From: Dehalococcoidia bacterium
GTDB lineage: Bacteria; Chloroflexota; Dehalococcoidia; GIF9; UBA5629
Assembly (NCBI GenBank): GCA_050011565.1
Contig: JBEKIW010000001.1
Coordinates: forward strand, 544,001-608,000
Length of the DNA stretch: 64,000 bases
Reading direction: 5' to 3'
The translations under genes and the position numbers were made by a program. Under the pieces are notes generated by a model. It did no database searches, was not told the DNA's origin, and was given only the letters and a program-made list of their open reading frames with translations. Positions 1 through 9,697 of this stretch are shown here, piece by piece. The first letter of the stretch is position 1. Each line of letters begins with the position of its first letter.

Positions 1-2
1 TA

Positions 3-1055
3 CTTTTCGTATTAGGCATAATTCTTATTGTCTTGCTTCTAAGTGTTTTTTGGAGGGTCTTACTACCCTTTGTCTGTGGCCTGATACTGGCTTATCTTTT
101 ATATCCTCTCATTGCATGGCTTGAGCGGAAATTGCCCGGTCAAGGCAGGTGGTTATCAGCCAGACGAGCCTCTCTGATAACAGTTATCTTTATAGTAATT
201 TTGGTGCTCGTTGGCGTGTTGGCTTTCTATATCTTTACGGGTGTGGTTAGTTCCTTTTCAGTTTTGCTGAAAAATGCGCCACAGTATTTTTCTGAAGGTT
301 TGAAGACTGTACAGGGTTGGCTTCATGGTCTTCAACAATTGCTTCCGCCTGAAACACAGCAGCAGATGGGAGGTATTGCTCAAAACGCAGGTACGGCATT
401 GGGTAATGCTATGCAAGGCGCCTTCGCCAATGGCCTATCCGTTGTTTCGAGCACATTTGGAGTAATCTTGGGTTTTATTGCCTTGCCCGTGTTCCTCTTC
501 TACATCTTAAAAGATTGGGAAAAACTAAGCAGCAGCTTTTATTCTGCTTTTTCTCCGCAGATTGCTGTACATGTCAGAGGTGTTGTTGCGGTCATAGATA
601 GGGTCTTGGGGCGATGGATTCGTGCCCAGCTGATGCTTTCCGCCGTCGTGACGGTCATGTGTTTTATCGGGTTGTTGGCTTTGGGGATAACATTGGCTCC
701 AGCGCTGGCTGCTCTACAGGGGCTGATGGAGTTCGTTCCCATACTCGGTCCGTGGATTGGTGGCGCTGTCGGTGTAATTGTCATACTGGCTATCGCGCCA
801 GAAAAAGCAATTTGGGCGGCCGTTGTCTATCTTGCCGTACAACTGTCAGAAAATTTATTTCTTGTCCCCAGGATTCATGGAGCCTATATGAGGATACATC
901 CGGCCATGATTTTAGTTTTACTTCCTTTGGGGGCTTATATTGCCGGTTTGTGGGGCATAATACTGGTTGTCCCGTTGACGGCAACGGCTATAGAACTCTA
1001 TAAATATGCGCGCCAGAACCTGATGGCGCAGGAGATACAGCAAGCCTCTGAATAG
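3..1055 (+). CDS. AI-2E family transporter (5' end runs off window)
   Basis: Hydrophobic multi-TM protein with AI-2E/PerM motifs (LAYLLYP, FVPILGPWIG, QLSENLFLVPRI, IHP). Frame is open upstream of the track start at 33 to the window edge. Confidence 0.85.
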   Translation, partial: LFVLGIILIVLLLSVFWRVLLPFVCGLILAYLLYPLIAWLERKLPGQGRWLSARRASLITVIFIVILVLVGVLAFYIFTGVVSSFSVLLKNAPQYFSEGLKTVQGWLHGLQQLLPPETQQQMGGIAQNAGTALGNAMQGAFANGLSVVSSTFGVILGFIALPVFLFYILKDWEKLSSSFYSAFSPQIAVHVRGVVAVIDRVLGRWIRAQLMLSAVVTVMCFIGLLALGITLAPALAALQGLMEFVPILGPWIGGAVGVIVILAIAPEKAIWAAVVYLAVQLSENLFLVPRIHGAYMRIHPAMILVLLPLGAYIAGLWGIILVVPLTATAIELYKYARQNLMAQEIQQASE

Positions 1056-1083
1056 ATTGCCTTTTCAGTTATTAGACAAGCAA

Positions 1084-3939
1084 CTACTTCGCTAAAGAGT
1101 ACTCTTCCCGTTGCTTTTCCAGCGCACTGCGTAGATATTGGCCGGTGAAGGATGTATCTATATGTGCTACCTCTTCGGGAGTGCCGGTAGCTATGATGTA
1201 ACCGCCTTCATCGCCGGCACCAGGCCCAAGGTCAATAATATAATCGGCGTTTTTCATTACATCTACGTGGTGTTCAATAATCACTACCGTGTTGCCGGCA
1301 TCCACCAGCCGCTGAAGCACCTGAAGCAGGCAGGCTATGTCGGGGAATGACAGGCCTGTAGTCGGTTCATCGAGGATGTAGAGGGTCTTGCCCGTGGAGC
1401 GGCGAGATAACTCAGTAGCAAGTTTTACCCGCTGGGCTTCGCCGCCGGAAAGAGTTGGGGCTGGCTGTCCCAGACGTATGTAGCTTAAACCGACATCACG
1501 CAATGTCTCGAGCTTGTTTCTTACTTTAGGTAAGTGTTCAAAGAAGGTTAAAGCTTCATCTACACTCATATCCAGAATGTCGGCTATATTCTTGCCTTTG
1601 AAATAAATCTCCAGAGCCTCGCGATTGTAACGCTTACCTTTGCATACCTCACAGGGCACTGTAACATCGGGAAGAAACTGCATCTCTATCTGAATATAGC
1701 CTTCGCCCTGACAGGCTTCGCATCGGCCGCCGCGGACGTTGAAGGAAAAACGCCCTGGACGGTAGCCGCGCATACGCGCTTCGGGCACTGTGGCTAACAG
1801 TTCACGAATAGGGGTAAAGGTGCCCGTATAGGTGGCCGGGTTACTGCGCGGAGTACGGCCGATAGGCGATTGGTCGATGTTGATGACCTTATCGATACGC
1901 TCAATGCCTATAATATCGTCACATTTTCCGGGCCTATCCTTGGCTCTGTAAAATATCTGAGCCAGTTTCTTGTAAAGCACCTCGTTGATAAGTGTGCTTT
2001 TGCCGCTGCCTGATACACCGCTGATGCAGACGAACTTGCCCAGAGGTATAGGAACATCAATACTTTTCAGATTGTTCTCGCGTGCACCCTTGATTATCAA
2101 TTCTTTGCCTGAACCGGGGCGGCGACTTTGCGGCAAAGGGATTTGTTTAGCCCTGCTGAGGTATTGGCCGGTTATTGATTCCGGGCACTGCATGATATCT
2201 GTCAGGGTTCCAGCGGCCACGATCTGCCCACCGTGCGCTCCGGCCCCGGGCCCCATATCAATAATATAGTCAGCCGCTCGCATCATGGCTTCATCATGCT
2301 CAACTATGAGAACCGTATTGCCCAGGTCACGCAGTCGCTTCATTGTTCCAACGAGGCGATGAATGTCAGCCGGATGCAGACCAATTGTAGGCTCATCGCA
2401 AATGTAGAGGACTCCCATAAGACCGCTGCCGATCTGAGTAGCCAGGCGGATTCTCTGGGCTTCACCGCCGCTCAGGGTTGCGGAAGGGCGGCCCAGGGTC
2501 AGGTAGCCAAGGCCGATGTCTATAAGAAAGCCCAGGCGGGTGCCTATCTCTTTTAGTATCTGTTGTGCGATCTTTAGCTCGTGTTGTGTTAAACGGGGCT
2601 TGGCTGGGTCAGTAAGCAGATGTATCCATCGTAATGCTTCCGAAGCGGACAGTTCGGTAACGTCGATTATATTCAGGTCGTCTACGGTAATAGCCAGAGA
2701 TTCGGGCTTAAGACGCTTTCCATGACAAACTGGGCAGGGAGAAGAAGCCATATATCGTTCAATGTCAGCGCGGGTATTGCTGGATTCGGTGTCGCGATAA
2801 ATTCGTTCGAGGTAAGGGATGGCACCTTCGTATCCGGTAAAGTATTCTCTGACCCGACCGTAGCGGTTTCGGTATTTGACGAGTTCTCCATCCTCGCCGT
2901 ACAGGACGAGGCTGAGATGCTCTTTGCTTAGCTTATTTACAGGAGTGCTAAGTGAAAAACCGTAGCGGCCGGCTAAATCTTGAAGTTCTCCGACATGCCA
3001 GGCAAACCATCCCCAGGCATGGATGGCACCCTGGGCTAGACTTAGGTCCTTGTTGGGGATAAGTAAGTCAGGGTCTATTTCCAGCTTGATGCCAAGTCCA
3101 CTGCATGCCGGACAGGCTCCGTGCGGGCTATTGAAGCTGAAGGTCCGGGGGGCTATTTCACCCAGGCTCATGCCGCAAACGACGCAGGCGAAGTGCTCGG
3201 AAAACAGCAGTTCATCTCCATCTGTGATTGACACGAGAACGACGCCGGCCCCAAGCTTGAGCGCCGTTTCCACTGAGTCGGCGATGCGGCCTTTTTCAGC
3301 TTCGCCTATCTGGAGCCGGTCGATCACAGCTTCAATCGTGTGCTTTTTGTTCTTGTCCAGTTCGAACTCTTCGGAGAGGTCGCGGATACGTCTATCTACT
3401 CGAACCCGGACAAACCCTGACTTGCGCAGGTCGTTGAAAACGGACAGATATTCACCTTTCCGGTCTCTGATTAATGGGGCTAGAATCATTATTTTGCTGC
3501 CGGTTGGTATTTCCTGCACTGCGTCCACGATTTGTTGCACTGTCTGTCGACAGATTTCACGGCCGCATTTGGGGCAGTGAGGGTGCCCCACACGGGCGAA
3601 GAGAAGTCGCAAATAGTCATAAATCTCGGTCATCGTGCCCACGGTTGAGCGTGGATTGTGGGACGGTCCTTTCTGGTCGATTGAGATAGCCGGGCTTAGT
3701 CCTTCGATGTAATCGACATCTGGCTTTTCCATTCGGCCCAGGAACTGTCGCGCATAGGCAGAAAGCGATTCTACATAGCGGCGCTGCCCTTCAGCATATA
3801 TGGTATCGAAAGCTAAGGAACTCTTGCCCGAACCGGAAACGCCGGTGATGACCACCAGCTTATCACGAGGTATGGCTACGTCTATATTTTTAAGGTTATG
3901 CTCGCGGGCACCTTTTACGATTATTTTGTCTAAAGGCAT
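1084..3939 (-). CDS. uvrA: Excinuclease ABC subunit A
   Basis: Starts with [11 protein letters not shown]; two Walker A motifs ([18 protein letters not shown]), two LSGGEAQR signatures and zinc fingers; 951 aa. Confidence 0.99.
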   Translation of the reverse strand: MPLDKIIVKGAREHNLKNIDVAIPRDKLVVITGVSGSGKSSLAFDTIYAEGQRRYVESLSAYARQFLGRMEKPDVDYIEGLSPAISIDQKGPSHNPRSTVGTMTEIYDYLRLLFARVGHPHCPKCGREICRQTVQQIVDAVQEIPTGSKIMILAPLIRDRKGEYLSVFNDLRKSGFVRVRVDRRIRDLSEEFELDKNKKHTIEAVIDRLQIGEAEKGRIADSVETALKLGAGVVLVSITDGDELLFSEHFACVVCGMSLGEIAPRTFSFNSPHGACPACSGLGIKLEIDPDLLIPNKDLSLAQGAIHAWGWFAWHVGELQDLAGRYGFSLSTPVNKLSKEHLSLVLYGEDGELVKYRNRYGRVREYFTGYEGAIPYLERIYRDTESSNTRADIERYMASSPCPVCHGKRLKPESLAITVDDLNIIDVTELSASEALRWIHLLTDPAKPRLTQHELKIAQQILKEIGTRLGFLIDIGLGYLTLGRPSATLSGGEAQRIRLATQIGSGLMGVLYICDEPTIGLHPADIHRLVGTMKRLRDLGNTVLIVEHDEAMMRAADYIIDMGPGAGAHGGQIVAAGTLTDIMQCPESITGQYLSRAKQIPLPQSRRPGSGKELIIKGARENNLKSIDVPIPLGKFVCISGVSGSGKSTLINEVLYKKLAQIFYRAKDRPGKCDDIIGIERIDKVINIDQSPIGRTPRSNPATYTGTFTPIRELLATVPEARMRGYRPGRFSFNVRGGRCEACQGEGYIQIEMQFLPDVTVPCEVCKGKRYNREALEIYFKGKNIADILDMSVDEALTFFEHLPKVRNKLETLRDVGLSYIRLGQPAPTLSGGEAQRVKLATELSRRSTGKTLYILDEPTTGLSFPDIACLLQVLQRLVDAGNTVVIIEHHVDVMKNADYIIDLGPGAGDEGGYIIATGTPEEVAHIDTSFTGQYLRSALEKQREEYSLAK

Positions 3940-3991
3940 AGTATGTCCTTGTGGTATAAATTGGCTATTAATTTTAGCACTACGAGCGGCT

Positions 3992-4116
3992 AAATCCTAA
4001 ATCCCAATTTCTAAGATATAAACAAACTTAAAATACTAATGATCAAAACTGTTTTTAAACTTGGAGAATTCGAATTTTGGTATTGTTTAGAATTTAGGGT
4101 TTAGTACTTGGGATTT
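3992..4116. repeat. Long imperfect AT-rich inverted repeat built from AAATCC(T/C)AA-like units
   Basis: aaatcctaaatcccaatttctaagatataaacaa (3992-4025) is an imperfect reverse complement of ttgtttagaatttagggtttagtacttgggattt (4083-4116). Confidence 0.6.
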
Positions 4117-4261
4117 CTCAATCTGGTTGCTTACGGAGGTTAAGAATGGCACTACCTCTTTGTTCTGCTGACCAGGAAGGCCGCAACAGGTACGACAATG
4201 AGCAATAAGGCAACGGTGATCCTTACGGGAGTCGATGTCTCGATCTACCCATGTAGGTTTT

Positions 4262-6418
4262 TCAGGATGCCGTTTCAGGGGGTAGCTTTTCGGGGGCAAC
4301 AACCTCTCTGGCAGCGATATCTACCTGCGGCATACCGTCGGTATAGTGAGGTGCGGGCGGTTCCAGTTCCTGCCCGGGAGCATAGATTTGCTCTTCATTC
4401 ACAGTATTCATCCGGCTATAAACTATTTCTACACTACCTTCGTGTGGTTCTTTATGACCACGTGGCAACCAGCAGCTCAAGATTTCCCACTCCTGGAATA
4501 TATCACGTGCCCACATTATGGCTATGCCAGGCATATCTTCGGCCGTCTTTTTGCCACCCGTTGGCAGTTTCGCAGTCCTGGTTTCTACCTGTCTCCAATT
4601 ACTGGCAACTACTCTCAGAGCCCTCTTCGAGGTGAAATTGCATGTCGTAGTTTCCTCTTCAGGTGGAGTTGCTGCTTCGGCTGCTGCCGGTGGTATTGAT
4701 TGCGGTGCCGACAATCTTTTATCTGCCCCAACCATTGGGGCTCCAGGCAGTTCCTTGGCGCCTGTTGTGACCTTTATCTCATCTTCGTATTTCTGGAGAA
4801 GCTCACCGAATTTCTCCATGAGCTGCTCTCTGGTCGTCGCCGGACCTAATTTGGGCTTATCTCCACCTATCATTACCACAGTGGTTTGAGGTGGTTGTAG
4901 GGGCTGTGGAGGTGGTGGTGGCGGCATATACGGATAATACGGTGGTGGCGGTGCCGCCGGTTTTGGCTGCAGACTGCGAAGCAGCAAGTACAGACCGTAG
5001 CCGCCCAGAATAAGCAAGACAATTGTTAGGGGTATCATAATGAACGGCAGGGTGTAATCAGGCTGCCAATCTATCGTTACTGTCTTGGGGCTATCCATCT
5101 GAGTAGTGCCGCTGGAATTGACGGCATTTAGCTTGCCACCGAATATACCGAGAATACCCTGTATTTTGACTTGCGGATTATTCATACTCCATTTTGCTTC
5201 GCTGCCCGCTTTGTACCAATCACTGCCCTCCGCTTCGCCATAAGGTGATGTCAAGGTCAGCCTGTAGTATGTGTCGTAGTAGGCTGTGCAGCTTCCGGCG
5301 GCATTGACTGTCAGGCTCAGATCTCTGCCCGAGACGGTTTCACCTGTAGGTAATTTCCAGTAGGCGAAACGGTATTGTATACCTGGGCTATTCGGGTCAT
5401 TAACCTGGTCCGGGGCACTGGTTCTGAGCGTGTAGTCTTCCTTATACCAACCGGAGCCAGATAGCTGGCCTACCTTTGAGGGCTCGGTTTTGAAGTCGAT
5501 AGAATATTCTGTGTTATAAGTGAAATTCGCATTAGGTGACGATTCATTTATGGTTATGGCATTTTCTTGGGCTTTGTATCTTATACCAACCTCTGTCGGG
5601 TCTTCCACAGTAGGGTCGACGCTAACAGAGCGGATGGCTCCCAGGTCAAGGCTGAGTGTGGTGGATTGGCCGCCATGCAGAGTAGCAATCGTACTTCCTG
5701 AAACGTATACTTTTGTCTGGCCAGCTTTGAGGCCGCTGCTGATGGTGATAGTAGCATCGTAGCCTCCCTTCTCGACGGTTATGCTGAAGCTCTGTTGACC
5801 GGATAGAGGTGTGGCTGAGCTGTCAGTGACCTGAACCATAAAGCTGTAGTTGCCGTTACTGCCTTTGTCAGGAATGCCTGATATATAGCCAGTGCCTGCA
5901 TTGAGAGTTAGTCCTGAAGGCAATGACCCACTGGAGATAGACCAGGTATATGGTGTTGTCCCACCGCTGACTGTAATGACGGCAGAATAGCTTTCACCCT
6001 CTTTTGCCGATAATAAACTGGTTGTAAGGAACCTTAACGGAGGTTGAGTAATAGTTATGAAGAAGCCCTGCGCGGATGAAGGGCCGGTTGTGTCAGTAAT
6101 CGTAACGATAAAGGTAAATGTCCCGGGTGAGGTGGGATTGCCTGAAATAACACCCGTGGCTGCATTGAGGGTGAGCAGGGGTGGCAGAGAGCCGCCTGTT
6201 ACTGCCCAGGTGTAGGCACCCACTGTTGACGCCGCGACTAAAGTCGCTGTATATGGTGTGCCGACCTGCCCATTTGGCAAAGAGCCGGGGAAGATGACTG
6301 GGATTGCCTGTACAGGGCTGGCAATAAGGAAAAATGCACTGAAGATGGCGAGCAGGCAAAGCACTGTCAAGTAAAGGCCACGGCCATTACCCTGGCTCCG
6401 TAAAATATGTTTCTTCAT
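4262..6418 (-). CDS. Single-pass membrane protein with two putative Ig (He_PIG) domains, beta-rich repeats, Pro-rich linker and cytoplasmic C-terminal domain
   Basis: Signal peptide ending PVQA; two repeats of LP.G..G..Y...YTW...GSLP.GLTLN..TG.ISG.P; TM helix PFIMIPLTIVLLILGGYGLYLLL followed by poly-Pro. Confidence 0.8.
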   Translation of the reverse strand: MKKHILRSQGNGRGLYLTVLCLLAIFSAFFLIASPVQAIPVIFPGSLPNGQVGTPYTATLVAASTVGAYTWAVTGGSLPPLLTLNAATGVISGNPTSPGTFTFIVTITDTTGPSSAQGFFITITQPPLRFLTTSLLSAKEGESYSAVITVSGGTTPYTWSISSGSLPSGLTLNAGTGYISGIPDKGSNGNYSFMVQVTDSSATPLSGQQSFSITVEKGGYDATITISSGLKAGQTKVYVSGSTIATLHGGQSTTLSLDLGAIRSVSVDPTVEDPTEVGIRYKAQENAITINESSPNANFTYNTEYSIDFKTEPSKVGQLSGSGWYKEDYTLRTSAPDQVNDPNSPGIQYRFAYWKLPTGETVSGRDLSLTVNAAGSCTAYYDTYYRLTLTSPYGEAEGSDWYKAGSEAKWSMNNPQVKIQGILGIFGGKLNAVNSSGTTQMDSPKTVTIDWQPDYTLPFIMIPLTIVLLILGGYGLYLLLRSLQPKPAAPPPPYYPYMPPPPPPQPLQPPQTTVVMIGGDKPKLGPATTREQLMEKFGELLQKYEDEIKVTTGAKELPGAPMVGADKRLSAPQSIPPAAAEAATPPEEETTTCNFTSKRALRVVASNWRQVETRTAKLPTGGKKTAEDMPGIAIMWARDIFQEWEILSCWLPRGHKEPHEGSVEIVYSRMNTVNEEQIYAPGQELEPPAPHYTDGMPQVDIAAREVVAPEKLPPETAS

Positions 6419-6575
6419 AAGTAGGTTTAATGTACCTTGTATCTATTATAGTAGTCAAGCCGATATTTGTCGATACCACATAGTCAACATTTGGGCAATC
6501 AGGATAAAAAAGCAGCTTATTTGGGGATATAACATTGACTAGATCTTGAGCGTGACCGTCGGTTGTGCCATGACA

Positions 6576-6584
6576 TGGTATAAT
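6576..6584 (+). promoter_or_regulatory. Extended -10 promoter element (TGgTATAAT)
   Basis: tggtataat about 55 bp upstream of the ATG at 6640. Confidence 0.5.
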
Positions 6585-6639
6585 TGTGGCTCCGGACGTG
6601 CCATAACTGATAACAAGTCCGGTGGGCAGGGCTAATACC

Positions 6640-7005
6640 ATGATATATGAGCATTATCGACAACCTCTGATTTCTAGAACTGCGTTTTTCCTGCGCACTC
6701 TTCTGCATGTCGGAATTGCAGTGGGAATTGTGGTCGCTTCACTGGCGCTCGGCATTATCGGCTATCATACGTTCGAGGGCTTATCATTGATTGATTCCAC
6801 AGTCAATGCGGCCATGATTCTCGGCGGCATGGGACCGGTCAATCAGCTATACACAAATGCCGGAAAACTGTTTGCTGCCTTTTACGCACTATTTTCCGGT
6901 ATAGTCTTTCTTATTGCCCTTGCCGTAATGCTTGCCCCGATAGTGCACCGATTACTTCATCGGTTTCATATTGAGTTTGATTCGCAGAGCTCAGCCGACA
7001 GTTGA
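6640..7005 (+). CDS. Small two-TM membrane protein, potassium-channel-like (Ion_trans_2-like) with degenerate filter
   Basis: TM1, GYHTFEGLSLIDS..NAAMILGGMGP pore-like segment, GKLFAAFYALFSG TM2. ATG at 6640 preferred over GTG at 6622. Confidence 0.65.
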   Translation: MIYEHYRQPLISRTAFFLRTLLHVGIAVGIVVASLALGIIGYHTFEGLSLIDSTVNAAMILGGMGPVNQLYTNAGKLFAAFYALFSGIVFLIALAVMLAPIVHRLLHRFHIEFDSQSSADS

Positions 7006-7023
7006 TGCGGTATTGAGGGCAAA

Positions 7024-7881
7024 ATGGGGGGAAATTGCCGGGCCGAAATACAACGTGGGACCTTCAGAAAAATCAATGGCTTGAATATCCATGTTTTAGC
7101 GGCTGGAAATGGGATGCCCGTGGTTCTAATTCATGGATTCATGGGGATGGCCTATGACTGGAGATTTAATATTCAAGAACTTGGAAAACATTTCTCGGTA
7201 TATGCATTGGATTTGCCTGGATTCGGCTACAGCGATAAGCCGTTGACTTTTGACTATACTTCAAATGGATATGCGGAGTTTATTGTCTCTTTCTTAAATG
7301 CACATCGTATTAACCGAGCTGTGCTGGTCGGCAATTCGATGGGCGGGCAAATCGCCTTAATGGCCTGTTTGAAATACCCTCATCGAGTCGCCGGGCTGGT
7401 ACTCGTCGATTCGGGTGGCTATCCTCAGAGCGTTGGATTTTTACCTTTCAAGCTATTGAAGACACCTGTAATCGGTGAGATTTCAATGGCACTCATTAAC
7501 CGGACTGTTATCAAGATTATGCTGAGGAAAGGTATATATTTTGACGGCTCCTTTGCTACCGATGAGGTGATTAACAACTACCACGGGGTTTACGGTACGG
7601 TCAATGCCAGAAGAATGCCGCCTATAATTATGCGTACAATAGTGAAAGATGAAGAGTACATAGCTTCAAATTTAAACAATATAAAATGTCCCACTCTGAT
7701 TATATGGGGCGCCGAGGATAGGGTTATTTCACCCCTTCGGGCGGAAATGTTTAACAAAGATATCAGGAATGCTTCAGTCTTGATGATGCCCCAGGCCGGG
7801 CACATGCCCCAGATAGAAAAATCAAAGGCAGTAAATAAGGCCGTAATTAAGTTTTTAATGCCACTATCAACCCGAGCGTAA
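7024..7881 (+). CDS. Alpha/beta fold hydrolase
   Basis: LIHGF oxyanion motif, DLPGFGYS, nucleophile elbow GNSMGG, WGAED acid, AGHMPQIE His. Confidence 0.92.
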   Translation: MGGNCRAEIQRGTFRKINGLNIHVLAAGNGMPVVLIHGFMGMAYDWRFNIQELGKHFSVYALDLPGFGYSDKPLTFDYTSNGYAEFIVSFLNAHRINRAVLVGNSMGGQIALMACLKYPHRVAGLVLVDSGGYPQSVGFLPFKLLKTPVIGEISMALINRTVIKIMLRKGIYFDGSFATDEVINNYHGVYGTVNARRMPPIIMRTIVKDEEYIASNLNNIKCPTLIIWGAEDRVISPLRAEMFNKDIRNASVLMMPQAGHMPQIEKSKAVNKAVIKFLMPLSTRA

Positions 7882-7920
7882 GAGAGCCCTGCGGCGGCCT
7901 CTATCTTTAACCGGGATGCG

Positions 7921-9675
7921 TCATTCGGTTTGTTGAGACCCCTTAACCGGGTTCCGTTTCAGGAAGTCCTGCACGGCCGCGTCCACTGTCGGGAAAACCT
8001 TGGCCCTGTCCAGATGCCCGGCAAGCCCGGAGCGCCGTGCTATTTCACGCACGGGCTGGTGTACTTCGGCCACCATGACTTCTATGCGGTTTCGTTCCAG
8101 TTCGACGGTCAATTTCTCCAGCATCTCAATGCTGGTGATATCCAGTTGGTCATTGGTCACCATGTCAACGATTACGGCCTTTGCCGGCGGGACGCTTGCG
8201 CTGATGAGTTCCTTTAGACGGCTGTGAAATAATGATGCGTTGGCAAAATACAGGGGTGAGTTGAACCTGAAGATGACCAATCCCGGTATCGATTTGTTCT
8301 CGGGATGCCTTCGAATATCAGTGTACGCCCCGGGTTCTCCCGGAACCTGGCCCAATATTGAGCCGTAAGGCCGGCTGGAGCGGTAGATGACAATGACGAG
8401 CGAGAATAGCACCGCTATGGCCAGCCCCGGCAGAACATCTATGATGAGCACGCCCAGAAGAGCTACCATGCCCAGCCAGAACTCAATGGGGTTTATACGA
8501 TAAAACCGCTGCATCTGGCGCCACTTCATCAAATGTGAAACCGCGTAGATAATTATGGCTGCCAGAACTGCCTCCGGCAACATAGTGAAGAGCGGCGTCA
8601 GGGCAACTACGGTAATTAGTCCCATGGCGGCGGCAACGAGGAGCGATACTGAGGATTTAGCGCCGGCGCTGTCGTTAACGGAGGACTGGGACAGGCTACC
8701 ACCTGCAGCCAGCCCGCCCAGCACGGCTGACCCAAGGTTGGCGACACCATAGGAGATGAGCTCTTGATTGGGATTGACCTCATAATCGTGTTTCGAGGCA
8801 AAAGCATTGGCGGCACCTAACCCTTCGGTATAAATAACCAGTGCTATACCTAAGGCGCTGGGTAGCAGCGCCCACCTGGGCAGTAATGTCCACAGGTAAT
8901 CGGGATGGATGTCAGGCAGCACAAACGACGGTAAGCCCGTGGGAATTTTGCCCACGACAGCAACACCGTGAGCAGATAGACTGAAAACGGCGCTAACCAT
9001 TATACCGAGGATGAGCACTGCTAATCCTGAAGGTATGCGGCGGGAAAGCCTGTGCAATACGAAGAGCAGAATTAGGGCAAGGCCACCGACGGCGAGCACC
9101 AACAGATTTGTTTCACCAAGATGATTGAACAAGTACGTAAGTTGCTCTAACGTGTTGCCGGACCCCGCGTGGATACCGAATAATTTGGGTAGCTGCTTGA
9201 CCACTATGAAGATGGCTAAACCGAAGATGAATCCCTCCATAACGGGACGGGAAATAAAATTCGTGATGAACCCCAGTTTGAGTATTCCCGCGAAAATAAA
9301 GATGGCACCTATTATCAGCACGAGGACTGCGACGAGAGCAAAGTAAGTGCTCTGGTCAGGTGGATTTAGGGCTGTCACGGTCGCGGCCAGCATCACTGCC
9401 GAAGCCGATGTGGCCACCACCACAAGCTGCCGGCTCGTGCCGAATATGGCATAGGCTACCAGTGCAGCCAGGACAGTGTACAGACCGGCCTGTGGCGGCA
9501 TGCCCGCCAGACCGGCATATGCCATACCTTCAGGGACTACCACTCCCCACAGTGTTATGCCCGCGATGACGTCCGCGCGCAGCCATTGCCGCCACTGATA
9601 ATGAGGAAGCCATTGCAATATAGGGATAAATGCCAGGCTAAAACGTGCTTTATGTGGTTGGGGTAAGGCGGTCAT
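7921..9675 (-). CDS. SulP family inorganic anion transporter with STAS domain
   Basis: ADVIAGIT..VPEGMAYAGLAGMPPQAGLY sulfate-transporter signature, NQEL motif, C-terminal STAS (FRFNSPLYFANA, D..T..LDITS). Confidence 0.95.
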   Translation of the reverse strand: MTALPQPHKARFSLAFIPILQWLPHYQWRQWLRADVIAGITLWGVVVPEGMAYAGLAGMPPQAGLYTVLAALVAYAIFGTSRQLVVVATSASAVMLAATVTALNPPDQSTYFALVAVLVLIIGAIFIFAGILKLGFITNFISRPVMEGFIFGLAIFIVVKQLPKLFGIHAGSGNTLEQLTYLFNHLGETNLLVLAVGGLALILLFVLHRLSRRIPSGLAVLILGIMVSAVFSLSAHGVAVVGKIPTGLPSFVLPDIHPDYLWTLLPRWALLPSALGIALVIYTEGLGAANAFASKHDYEVNPNQELISYGVANLGSAVLGGLAAGGSLSQSSVNDSAGAKSSVSLLVAAAMGLITVVALTPLFTMLPEAVLAAIIIYAVSHLMKWRQMQRFYRINPIEFWLGMVALLGVLIIDVLPGLAIAVLFSLVIVIYRSSRPYGSILGQVPGEPGAYTDIRRHPENKSIPGLVIFRFNSPLYFANASLFHSRLKELISASVPPAKAVIVDMVTNDQLDITSIEMLEKLTVELERNRIEVMVAEVHQPVREIARRSGLAGHLDRAKVFPTVDAAVQDFLKRNPVKGSQQTE

Positions 9676-9697
9676 ATTCCCTTTTCCTCCGCTACGA

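Noticed and set aside
3940-4260. LexA (GAAC-N4-GTTC) box upstream of uvrA
   Set aside because: No convincing match found by eye.
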